From Dicyema japonicum (Eukaryota; Animalia; Dicyemida), in assembly GCA_011109175.1 (NCBI GenBank), contig RDEW01000012.1, positions 773,222-826,522 of the forward strand: a DNA stretch of 53,301 bases. The letters are read 5' to 3'. Below, in pieces: positions 10,911-21,880 of the stretch (positions are counted from its first letter, which is position 1; every line of letters begins with the position of its first letter). A program made the translations under genes and the position numbers. Below the pieces are notes generated by a model that saw nothing but the letters and a program-made list of their open reading frames with translations, did not search any database and was not told where the DNA came from.

Positions 10911-11876
10911 TTAAAGCTCACTAATGAATCGCTCCAACAGTTTCCTGACATATGAGACCCCATTATTGACGACCTGAGTGACCTCATCACCGTCGACAAA
11001 ATTTTCAGCCTCTTCCGAATCGACAAATTTGTTAGAAACGACTGACATAGCCACCACTTTTAGGCCAATATGAGCTCCACAAATAGCTTCTCCAGAAGTG
11101 CTCATTCCTAAATTCAGTGAAAGGACTAACCGACAGCATCACAGCCGTTCTTCAAAAGGAATCTCATATCAAAAATAGTTTCATAGTGGGGCCCTGCCAC
11201 CGAAGCATAGATCCCATGTCTAACGAAATCCATTCCCAAATGCTCCGCACATTTGAGCATTTTCTTACGAAGTTCTCTGTCGTATAAATTATATATAGGA
11301 GGAAATCTCTCCCCAAATCTGTAATCAGTCTACCGAACAATCACCTTTTTTCATTTGGACCCACCAGAGGACTATTCCCGGCAAAACCAGGAAAATATAT
11401 GTGATCTTTAATCACCATGATGTCTCCAAATGAATAGGACTGGTTAAGTCCTCCTGCAGCGTTGGTGAGAATTAAGGTTTTGACTCCCATGAGCTTCATC
11501 ATTCGAATTGGAGCCACAATCTATAGTTATGAGAATTTATTACTATTGATTGATCATGTCCTTCGTAGAAATGGTACCTCCCTTGCTGAACCATGACTTC
11601 TTTTCCACAAGGCAATCTTCCAAAGACAAACTGGCCAGCATGGGAAGTGACTGATTATTACTAATTCTTACCAGTTGTTTGAGGAAGGTTTGGAATATCA
11701 GAAAACTTGACAATTTCTTTATCGTTGATCACCTCATTAATTCCTCCGAGTCCAGTTCCACACACAATTCCTACTGTAGGTCTGATGGTCGTTTTTGATT
11801 GAACAAATTCAACCATTTCTTGAATATCTTCATAGACAATTTTTCTATATATTATCCCAAAGTCATACTTTGACAT
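10911..11876 (-). CDS. PNP: Purine nucleoside phosphorylase copy 2 (trimeric, mammalian-type), intact
   Basis: GT-AG introns at 11651-11671 (21 nt), 11521-11543 (23), 11319-11344 (26), 11108-11130 (23), plus a probable in-frame intron at 11845-11868 (24). The spliced ORF is open (290 aa, or 282 aa with the fifth intron). Motifs [37 protein letters not shown]. Confidence 0.96.
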
Positions 11877-12039
11877 TTTTGAATCTAATAGTTATTAATT
11901 TAAATTATTTTAATTTTATTTCGTTTTAGGTCAAAATCATTAATTATTAGTAAATACAATTGATTTTTAATATTATTAAATAAGTTAAATTCAAGATTTT
12001 TATTTAGACTAATTTCATCATTTTATCTTAATTTTTACG

Positions 12040-12240
12040 ACAATTATATATGTTTGTTATTTCTTGATATTTGCCATTCCCTTTTCAAAGATCTTCATAT
12101 TAAAACCATACGTCTCATAAAAGCCGACTGAGAGAAATAAATTCCAACGTTTCAGCAAGAAATTAAGGAACCTATTCAGAGAATGGGTGATTCATTCTGA
12201 GAATTCCAATTGACCATAAAAGTCGTAAGCGCAACAAAAT
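12040..12240 (-). pseudogene. Degraded paralog of the coding-like segment at 3233-3500
   Basis: AYDFYGQLEFS, LAETLEF, KGNGKY with in-frame stops. Confidence 0.3.
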
Positions 12241-12719
12241 CCCCATTTTTAATTTTCTCATCACTCTTCGTAGACTTTGACTTAAGCGCAGTTTTAGTTG
12301 GCGGATGATATTTTGTTAAATCTTCAAAATAGTTTTTTTTTTAAAGATTATTATTTTTTTGATATCGTCTTTCGAAACACGTGTTAGAATCTTTCAGCTG
12401 ACATGAAATAACATCATTCTTAATAATTCACAATTTGAGTTGTTTTATGATAAGTAATGCGAGTGTTGCGTTTAGGAGAATGACTTAGAGACAGAAATTT
12501 CACTTTCCCAAAATGCAGTTATGTATTAATTCGAAATTTCTGCTGAGTAAATGTAGATTTGTTAAAATGGTACTGAGCCGCAGATGGCAGGTTGTGTGTA
12601 AATCGAAAGCTTATAAATTCATTAAAGTTTAAATTGGTAATTACTTAATTTCGAAACAAAAAGGATTCGAGCTACCTACTTATCAGAATTGTATTTGATC
12701 TTTTTTTGTTTTAACTAGC

Positions 12720-13229
12720 ACATCTAAAATTTCCGCAATAAACCACTGCGATAACCAAATTTCTTCGTGCATCATCAAGTCACCCAAACACAAGCATGAT
12801 GCCGCCTTTTATCTTAAAGAAACATTTATTTATTTGAGATTAATGTTTTAGGGGTGTTCCTCTCCTTGTTACCTCTTTCCAGAATACGAAAGAATTTCAA
12901 CAAACTTATTGTAAAGTCTATTAAAGATATCAAGTTCAACGATATAATTGATACAAGCCTTTTTTACTTGTGGGCATCGACTTAACCTCTGTGGACATTT
13001 TTTAATAACCTACATGCAGCACAATCCTCATCACATTATTCTTTGGGATTACTGTAAATCAGTTTTGGATGAGAATATTCTTGGAGGATTGAGAAGTTGG
13101 TCGGCAGCCTAACTCCCTCTGATCTATAAATTGAAGAAAAAAGCCAAAATAAATTACAAATCACCCTTTTAAAAATAAACGACTAACAGGCATTTCCTAG
13201 GCATCCATACACAAGTAAAGGCAAAATGA
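12720..13229 (+). pseudogene. Possible decayed ORF of unknown identity
   Basis: 170 codons in one frame interrupted only by TAG 12849 and TAA 12912, 12945, 13110, 13170, 13176; intron-like GT..AG at 12454-12475 and 12691-12718. Confidence 0.25.
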
Positions 13230-13559
13230 TTGCCCGAAAGATTGAGAGAAAATAATATCCATAAGAGATTTCTGAGATGTGAAATTGTCTGGACGACTCT
13301 CTTCCTCAAATATTTGAAGTGATTTTTAGCTGAGTCATTTTCAAACGAAAAGGATTATTTTTAATAGTCTATGGTCATGCCATAAGTTTTATCCACGTGA
13401 AGCTAATTAGACATTTTGTACAATGAAATGAATTTATTCCAGGACCAACAGTAAACCCAAACTAGCGAATCCCGTTATCCTAACATGTTCCAGTAGAACC
13501 CACATCCAAGAATAGTAATCCAGAAGATATTGTCTGGGAAACTGAGGTTGACGCCAGGA

Positions 13560-14030
13560 TTCGTTATCAGGAAGCGAAATTGTGTGCATTTAAGAGGATT
13601 AGACAACATGCGTAAAACCATAATAGTTGTAATTTCACTCGTGCAGCATTCGAAACAATCTTCCGAATTAACCTCCTCGATCGTAAGAGAGTTTCCTCAA
13701 CTCGTCTAGATCGTCACCACTTTTTAGAATTTTGTTTATAAGCTTTAGATATCCACCCAGTGTTTCTGGTAGTGTAACACGCCGACGTCCACGGAAACAC
13801 GGTCCTTGTCTCATGAAGTAATCCTCCATTGCTATGTTATCTGGACCACCCAAGTCCATTCGTAGGATATGTCCAAATAGCCTTCAACGCATATCAACAA
13901 TTTCGAGACTCAGTGGACCGTAAAACATCTCTTATATAGTGATTCCTTGTTTATTCTTGTTAGACAGTTCAGTCCTAGTAAAGATCTAAGTTTCTTCGAT
14001 GGAAAGAATCTATTTAAAGTTGCTCCGTTT
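13560..14030 (-). mobile_element. RTE-like LINE 3' fragment
   Basis: GHILRMD...IAMEDYF...RGRRRVTLP...DDLDELRKLSYDRGG C-terminus typical of RTE. Confidence 0.75.
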
Positions 14031-14700
14031 TGAACGTCCCCCAGGTCGATGATTTGTATATTAGGATCGGTTTAAAAAAGCTTCATATAGTCTCAAACGA
14101 AGTGATGTGCAGGATCGTCGTTTGTCAATCCACTCTTCAACGATTTTCGCGGTGTTCATTTCGAGGAACCATCTGTTATGCTCAGCAGGTGCTACCTCGA
14201 GGAGTCGAAATAGGTTTACCACTTATAAAAGACAGATATGTGTCGAACCAAAAATACTTATGAAGAACGAGGCCATTCCTATTAACAAAACACCGAGGAT
14301 TATGGGAGTCATCTTTGATCAGGGACTCTCCTTCATCAGACATGTTGAGAACAAAGTAACTTTTCTCTGAAGAGAACGATAATTTTAAAAGTGTTCTCAA
14401 AAACACTAAAGACCAAACAGGAACCTTGCCACGGTTTATGAACAATTTATCCTACCCACGATTACATATGCAAGTCCTTCGTGGGCAATGCAGATTTCAA
14501 GATTCTTATCACTGAAACTATCCGCAATCGAGGAGACTGCAATAAGGTTAATTGGACCAGGATACAAAATCCAGAATCAGGATCTAAGAATTGTTCCAGT
14601 ATCCTGAGTATACCACTGCGGACCGTGTCAAAGGCCCAATAGAGGTCTATTCCCAGGACTGTTGTTGCACTTTTGAATCTCTGTTCGTTAAGAAGATTAT
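14030..14700 (+). mobile_element. Ingi/Vingi-like LINE fragment (late RT/thumb)
   Basis: IPINKTPRIMGVIFDQGLSF and YEQFILPTITYASPSW; highly similar to 36730-36890. Confidence 0.75.
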
Positions 14701-14959
14701 CTTAATAGGGAAATGTCAAAAATGATCACAACTGAATGTGTAGGATTTCTAAAAATAGTCTTATGTCTCCTATTAACGGTTTAGTCATTTTTATTACATT
14801 TTAGTGCTATCTGATTGAGATTCTGTCTCATGCAAATTGAAATAGTTTGGGATTATCATCTCAGTATTGTTAGACATCGCATGTATTCTGGGGTTAATTT
14901 TTGAAGATAAATGTCCTCACCAATAAGTTCATGTAAAGTTTATAAGAAATACAATTCCA

Positions 14960-17900
14960 AGGTGTGACCTTACATGAAGTTAGTTGGTTGGTTATTAACA
15001 CCGACCTTGCTACCTTGTAGGAGGCAGGCTGTCCTCAGGCGTTTAGGAGCTAGTGCAGGACGGTTCCACAGGTCTCTGGTATTCACCGGAGGTCCCAGGC
15101 AGGAGAAAGCTTCTTTAAGAATCAATGATAACTTGTCCGGTGGAAGGAGCCAAGAGTCCAATTCGTCTTTTAGGAGGAAGTGTCCAGAGCGTAATTGTGC
15201 TAGGGTCCTCCTCATTTCTCTGTCTGGATAGTCTCCTAGTCATCCACCAAAAGGGGAGGGCCATCCAGTATATTGTTCCAACCCAGACTTCGGATTACTT
15301 TAGATGTGGTCGTGTATTGTCTTTGACTTGGATTTATCAGATGTGGCAGAGAAATCTTTACCAGTTCGCGTAACAGGTTCGCTTCGGTCGGAATTATCAT
15401 ACGGCAGTTTTTCGTGAGTCAGATTTTGGTAAGGATGTTCTGGTTCCGTGATTTCATTTAAGAATTCGAAATTCCTGATGCAAAGATAATCTTCCATTTG
15501 GAGGATAGCAGTTTCCTAGTGGAGGAGGTCAACCGGTGTGAATTTATCACATCCAATAATTGTTCAAAGAGCTCTATTTTGCACTATGAAGTTTTTTGAT
15601 GTTGCAGGCCGTGAGGGATGTGGGGGCTCATAATTCAAGGTGGTCCTGTGTAGATTGTTCTGAGGGTTTCCTTGTCCTGGCTAAGATGGATCCAGTCACC
15701 GCGCTTAGGGGGTATATCACTCCAGGATTTTCAGGGGTTTTTGAGATAGCGAAGACCTATTTTAAGCTCTTCGTATTTAGGTGTCGTCGGTCGGAGGTGA
15801 ATAATGTGACGCTGGACTTGAAGGGGGGGAAGGAGAGGTGGTTGTTAATAACTAGGACTCTAGAGAATCCTAATGTGTTCGGAGGTGGTCAGAGGCGGAA
15901 TTACCATCTTCTTGGTCTTTTTTATTCTTAGTTTCCTCCTCTTCCCAGATAAGGTCTTCTTTTGTCCCATCGAGAGCGTTGGAAATGCAGCATCTCTTAA
16001 AGGAGCGTTGCACAGTAGACAGCGACACATCATCCCACGACTGTTTAATCCATCCTGTTATTATTTCTAACGGAGGTGCTTTCATGGCTCCCCCTTTAGT
16101 AAACTGCTTCTCGCCTTCTATTATCCAATTACTCCAATTTCCTCTCAATCTGTCTTAGAACGGTTTGTTCAAAGAAACATCAAGTGGCTGCACAACACTT
16201 GTTACTCCACCAGGAATAACAGCGACATCAGTGTTGTTGCATTTAAATTTTCTTTTGACGGAGTCCAATAGATTGGCTTTGAAAGAATCCCATGCAAAAA
16301 GACTTTTCTTTAACATTCCTCCAGGTCGAGAGTTCCATACTTTTTATATGTAGATTATTCTGCTCTTACTGGCTAATAACTTTTCTGTGAAGAGTGTAGT
16401 AATTACCATAACATTTGAAGCGATGAATATCAAGTTGACTTTCATGGTGTATAAGTCGAGGTCGATTTTTAGATCGATTTTTGATCGAAAAAGATCGACT
16501 TGTACTTTTTATCCCGACCCGCAAAGATCGAGTCGTCTCCGTATGGAGGACCAGTGTGTCTTCCAGTTCGGGCATGCTAATAAGGTGGAGGTTGAAAAAT
16601 GCAGGAGAGAGGAAGAGCCTTGTGGGACTCCGTTTGGAAGGTAACAAAAAACAGGTTTTTTGGCATAAACAGGGTACGTCCCAGTCTGTGAGAAAGGAAT
16701 GACTTCAGGAATACTCTTAGTGGTAATCTTTTTGAAAACAACGTGCCAAGAGGTCATGTCTAAGTCCTTGGAAATGTCAATGGAGGACAGGACAGTGTGG
16801 AGTGGCGGTTTATGGTTGTCGAACCCATCCTCAATATAGTCGGTTAACTTGGGAAGGGTGGGTTGACGTTGAATGCTTGACGCAGAAGCCGTGCTGAGAG
16901 TTGGTTTAGGTGATAGTATATATATAGTTGAGAATGTTCTCTGAGGATTTTTGATTCAGTTAAGAGAAGGTAAATTAGGCGAAAGGATCCTGTGTCATGA
17001 TGGTCCCTGTTAGGTTTGAGAGTCGGGATTATTGTGGATTGTTTACAGAGCATAGACACAAATCCCGAATTCAAAAAAGTTTGATAAATGTCCGTGATAA
17101 CCTGATTCTTTTTGGGCCACTATTTTTAGTGATATATGCATATTCCGTCTTCGCCATTTTCGGGGGAGTTTTTCGCATTCATCATCAAGACATGTGTATC
17201 TAACCGGTCTGTTTTGATTGGAGGAATACTCTGTGACGAAGGGAGATTCAGTTTGCAGACACGATTTGATTAATATTGGTCTGCCAAATGTTGTTGTAAT
17301 GGGCCATTAGGTCGTCTGCTTGTTCTTGAAATGATTTAGTATGGTGACGTTTGTTTGTTCCATATTCGTTGGAGGTTGTATGTAGCGTCCTTCGTGACGA
17401 ATTGAATATCAGCTTGTTCCTAAACTCTGTTGGCGTTGTCCAATGGACCAGACGTGAGAAAAACTACTTCCACCTTAACCTTTTGTTTTGGAGAATGTGG
17501 TCAGAGATCTCCGGTTAATGCAAGATAGTCTGCAGGCTAAGTTGATGTTCCGGACGCCACTACTTTTTATATCGGACCTCTCTTTTATGAGTTCGTTGAT
17601 TTCCTTGATGAAGAGAGGTTCTTTCCAGCAATGAATCCCTTAGGAACGTATTTTCGGTTAGTTGTGAGTATGCTTTGTTGAAGTATTTGACTGAAAATCA
17701 ATCGAGCAATGTTTGGGGAGCAAATGGAAATATCGGGTGAAGTATTGGATTTGTCTGGTCGTTAAGCTGTACGTTTGTGTTGGAGAGGGTCATTTAAGTC
17801 GACGAGGCGGCAATCTGAGACGAGATATACTACCCTAGTTGATTCAGTTTCCCATCGACAGACCAAGAGGATTCCCGGCGTTAAAGTCCTCGCACACGAT

Positions 17901-18600
17901 TATGTTTTCAGGGACGAGATCCACAAGAGATCAGGTTGGTATCCTTTTGAGCAACTTTGAGGAGGGGAATATGTAGATTATCAGCAATGTGATTATCTCC
18001 AAATAGGCATCAAGTAGAAATGTGGAGAGTGTTGATTCGTTTGTGTTTGTAAAGAGGATACTGTCACGAATAAGTGAATAACCCCCACTTCCCATTTGTT
18101 CCATTAGGACGGTCCATGCGAATGGATGAGTATCCCTTGAATTGAGGAATACGACGTGGTGGTGGCAATCTGGTTTCATGTATTAATGCAATTTCCACGA
18201 AGAGGACAAAAATTCCATCAGAGATCCCGTAAATGCTTATTTGCAGAAATATTGTGTATTCAGATGAACCCGGGTTAAGTTCGACGTCTCCGGAGAAAGG
18301 AACGGACTCGTCAAAGGGGCTGANCCATTAGGACGGTCCATGCGAATGGATGAGTATCCCTTGAATTGAGGAATACGACGTGGTGGTGGCAATCTGGTTT
18401 CATGTATTAATGCAATTTCCACGAAGAGGACAAAAATTCCATCAGAGATCCCGTAAATGCTTATTTACAGAAATATTGTGTATTCAGATGAACCCGGGTT
18501 AAGTTCGACGTCTCCGGAGAAAGGAACGGACTCGTCAAAGGGGCTGAATGTCCCCTTGAAGACAGTCAAAGGGATCTCATTGAGGGGAAGATCCCATAGG
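14960..18600 (-). mobile_element. Ingi/Vingi-like LINE (2A-like motif, APE, RT, C-terminal domain), decayed and interrupted by a pogo element
   Basis: SGDVELNPGS at 18489-18518; IALIHETRL (APE); NGVPQGSS; KSSVTLFT; RRTLAQLRSGH. Confidence 0.8.
15870..16510 (-). mobile_element. pogo/Tigger-like transposon remnant (DDE_1 C-half)
   Basis: WDSFKAN...VAVIPGGVTSVVQPLDVSLNKPF and WIKQSWDDVS...SFKRCCISNALDG; subterminal TATAAGTCGA motif near 16450. Confidence 0.8.
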
Positions 18601-19274
18601 TGATTAATTGTGAATCATTTAGTCGTTATGATTATATAAAGTCCAATTTCCCCCGCGAGGAGATAACCCAATTCTAAAGTCTTGATGAGTGATTAAAAGT
18701 GGCTTTTATTTATGGTAGATACGTCACACTTATGTTTTAATGATGAATTGAGATAGTTGAATCACTTTTTGAAAGATCGAAATTCTGTGACAATTTTGTT
18801 AAAAAGTGTAACGTATTGTTCTGAATACTCAGATATAACGAATATATTGGAAAAATCTATTAAATAGTTATGGTTTATTTGGCTCAGGAAACTCCGGAAT
18901 CAAGGAAACTCGAGATGTTTTTGTAGTTTTATTTATGTCAATACCTCTCATAGTCTTCGTATTATGCCTTTACTGATTACACATATTGGAGATCTCCCTA
19001 TAATACTTTATTAGGATATAAGAAGTTCCGGAGCCATTAAGCATCAACACTAAATGCTCCAAGTTTGAATCTAGCTGGCACATTAGTGGGGGAACTTGAC
19101 AAAACTGTATTTCCTCATTATTTACCTTCTATATCATCCCTCATTGCAAATTTTAAAAGCATGACAGTATTCGATATCAAAACTTAAAATTTACATTAAT
19201 TATTCACATAAACTGTCGCTTGACACTTCAAAAAATAATTAAGACAAAAATGAATTCCCTGAAAGCTAATTAGT

Positions 19275-20240
19275 TTAAAGTTCGGAGATAAATTGTTCCA
19301 AAAGTTCTCTGATGTGGACGACCCTCTTATTGACGACTATTGGGACCTCATCCCCGTCGACAAAGTTTTCATACTCTTCCGAATCGACATACTTGTCGGA
19401 AATGACTGACATAGCCACCACCTTCAGTCCACCGTGAACTGCACAAATAGCCTCCCCGGCCGTGCTCATTCCTACACTCAACAAAAAACCAAACCGACGG
19501 CATCACAACCGTTCCTCAGCAAAAATTTCATCTCAAAGTTAGTCTCAAAGTGAGGTCCCGCAACAGAAGCATAGATCCCATGTCTAACGAAATCCATTCC
19601 CAATTGCTCGGCGCATTTGAGCATCTTCTTACGAAGTTCTTTGTCGTATAAATTATATATGGGAAGAAATCTCTCCCCAAATCTGTAATCAGTCTACCGA
19701 ACAATCACCTTTTGTCATTTGGACCCACCAGAGGACTATTCCCGGTAAAACCAGGGAAATATATGTGATCCTTGATCACCATGATGTCTCCCAATGAATA
19801 GGACTGGTTAAGCCCCCCTGCAGCGTTGGTGAGAATTAAGGTTTTGACTCCCATGAGCTTCATCATTCGAATTGGAGCCACAATCTATAGTTATGAGAAT
19901 TTATTACTATTGATTGATCATGTCCTTCGTAGAAATGGTACCTCCCTTGCTGAACCATGACTTCTTTTCCACAAGGCAATCTTCCAAAGACAAACTGGCC
20001 AGCATGGGAAGTGACTGATTATTACTAATTCTTACCAGTTGTTTGAGGAAGGTTTTGAATATCAGAAAACTTGATAATTACTTTATCGTTGATTATCTCA
20101 TTAATTTCTCCGAGTCCAGATCCACATACAATTCCAATTGTTGGCCTGATAGTTGTTATTGATCGTACAGAATCAACCATTTTTTGAATATCTTCATAGA
20201 CAATTTTTCTACACATTAACCCAAAATCATGCCCCGACAT
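19275..20240 (-). CDS. PNP: Purine nucleoside phosphorylase copy 3, intact, Asp at position 243
   Basis: Collinear with copy 2 with no indel (offset 8364). Introns 20015-20035, 19885-19907, 19683-19708, 19472-19494, plus a probable GC-AG intron at 20209-20232. Motifs [31 protein letters not shown]. Confidence 0.96.
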
Positions 20241-21329
20241 TTAACCACGCTCGACAAACTTGATTCAATTTTATTTTATTTTTTCTGATGTCTAAATTAT
20301 TATTAATTAATATTTTAGTTTTAATATTATTAATTTAATTTATTCACCCCAAATACAACGAGAAAAAAGTTATTTATTTATTAACCCCGGATACACCGAG
20401 AAAGAAGTGAAATAAACAATTAGTTAAGTGTATCCAGTTTCCACTTCTACAGAAAGAGACTCCATCTGGAATCAGCATAAAAGGAAAAAGACGTCCATTA
20501 ATTGCAGTTGCGGGAACCCCTCTAGTGAATGTGGGATAGCATATGATCCTTTTTCGCGCCGGTCTGGCAATGGGCGCCACCAAGACAGGTAGATCACATG
20601 ACGCCACTCTAATAGTTAAAGAAGGAGAAGGAACAGACAAAACAAGCACATTAAATTTATCTAGACTCGATTAATTTTTTTGTCATTTAGATTTGTCCAA
20701 ATTTTACTTTTTTCTTAGAAAATTGATCACGCCACATTGGTGACCTTCACGTGATGTACAGTCATTTCTGTGGTTACCCTTGCCGTTTGTCGAATCAATG
20801 TCCTTTATTCTTTTGCACGACTTTTGTAATTTCTTGTATTATTATTTCAGCAGGTTATTCTATATTTTTATGTCGAATTGAGATTTGGAGATTCTCTCTG
20901 CCAGTTTTCTATATTTCAATTACTTTTCTTAAAAATGTGGTAAAATAGGCCAGTTATTGGTTAATAGGTAGGATGGTTAAGCTAATGACGTTGCTCTGAT
21001 GCACTATGACGTACTTCTTTTGATGTCTTAGATGACATCTGATGTGAGGACTTTCGGATACAAACAAGCCTCGGATACACAAACCTCTGGATTCAAGTCT
21101 CGTCTGTCCAAAATTGGAGGAACTTGAATAAGTATGTCTTGAGGTGGAACACGTGATTTATTGATTAGATATTAATTAAAATTTCCAAAAAAATTTAACT
21201 CTGAAGGGGTAACAACGATAAAAAAGTTAGACCAACTAATTAAGTGATCTCCGTAATCCTCAACAATCTCATGAGGTTTTTACAGTTCTCCTCCATAGTT
21301 CCCACTTTTATGCTACCAACATTTGGAGT

Positions 21330-21880
21330 GGAAAGATCTTCGAGAAAAAGATAATAATGTTGGAGATAATGGAGATCCTTGAGTTCCCACGGGGGTCTAT
21401 ACTAAGTCCAATATTAATGAACATCTTTATGGCTAGTTGACCTATAATACTGATAAACTACTATTCTAATGGATATGTCCAATAATTCGGTGATCTTGGA
21501 AAGGACACTGAATGAATCTATCATTAAAGAACGGTGTAATATGATAGGGTTAAAACTCTCATGTAAAAGTCCAACACACAACGCATCAGTCGAGTCAAGA
21601 AGCAACTACTACAAGAATACACACTTCAAGTGAAAAATGTGCATTCGTTACATTACTTGGGGGTGGATATTGACCGTAACGGACTCTAAGAAAGACAGAA
21701 TCATATCACTACTAGAAAGGATGAAAATGAAAAGCATTAACTTGGCTTTGGGAAGAAGACTGATGGATGTAATATCCGAGGAGGAAGATAAACTCCTGGT
21801 ACCAATTAAGTGTGTGGCCGAGAATAGGATAGGAGGTTTCACGATGAGAAACTCGAAACTCGTACGTACAGATGAGGCTT
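21330..21880 (+). mobile_element. Highly decayed non-LTR RT remnant, clade unclear
   Basis: PRGSILSPILMNIFM and HYLGVDID. Confidence 0.45.

Noticed and set aside
7920-13229. Genome-wide TAA/TAG=Gln genetic code
   Set aside because: All three PNPs end at TAA at the expected length with unconserved downstream sequence, and Gln in PNP and WDR83 is always CAA/CAG
18101-18548. 224-bp tandem duplication of the LINE 5' region (doubling the 2A motif)
   Set aside because: A single n at 18324, exactly at the junction; most likely a scaffolding artefact
10911-20240. Bacterial or horizontally acquired PNP, or microsporidian origin
   Set aside because: Five introns at or next to human positions indicate vertical animal descent
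19275-20240. Copy 3 being an MTAP orthologue because of Asp243
   Set aside because: It is 80-100% nt identical to copy 2 and keeps the PNP-specific GRxHxYEG and GPx(F/Y)ET motifs
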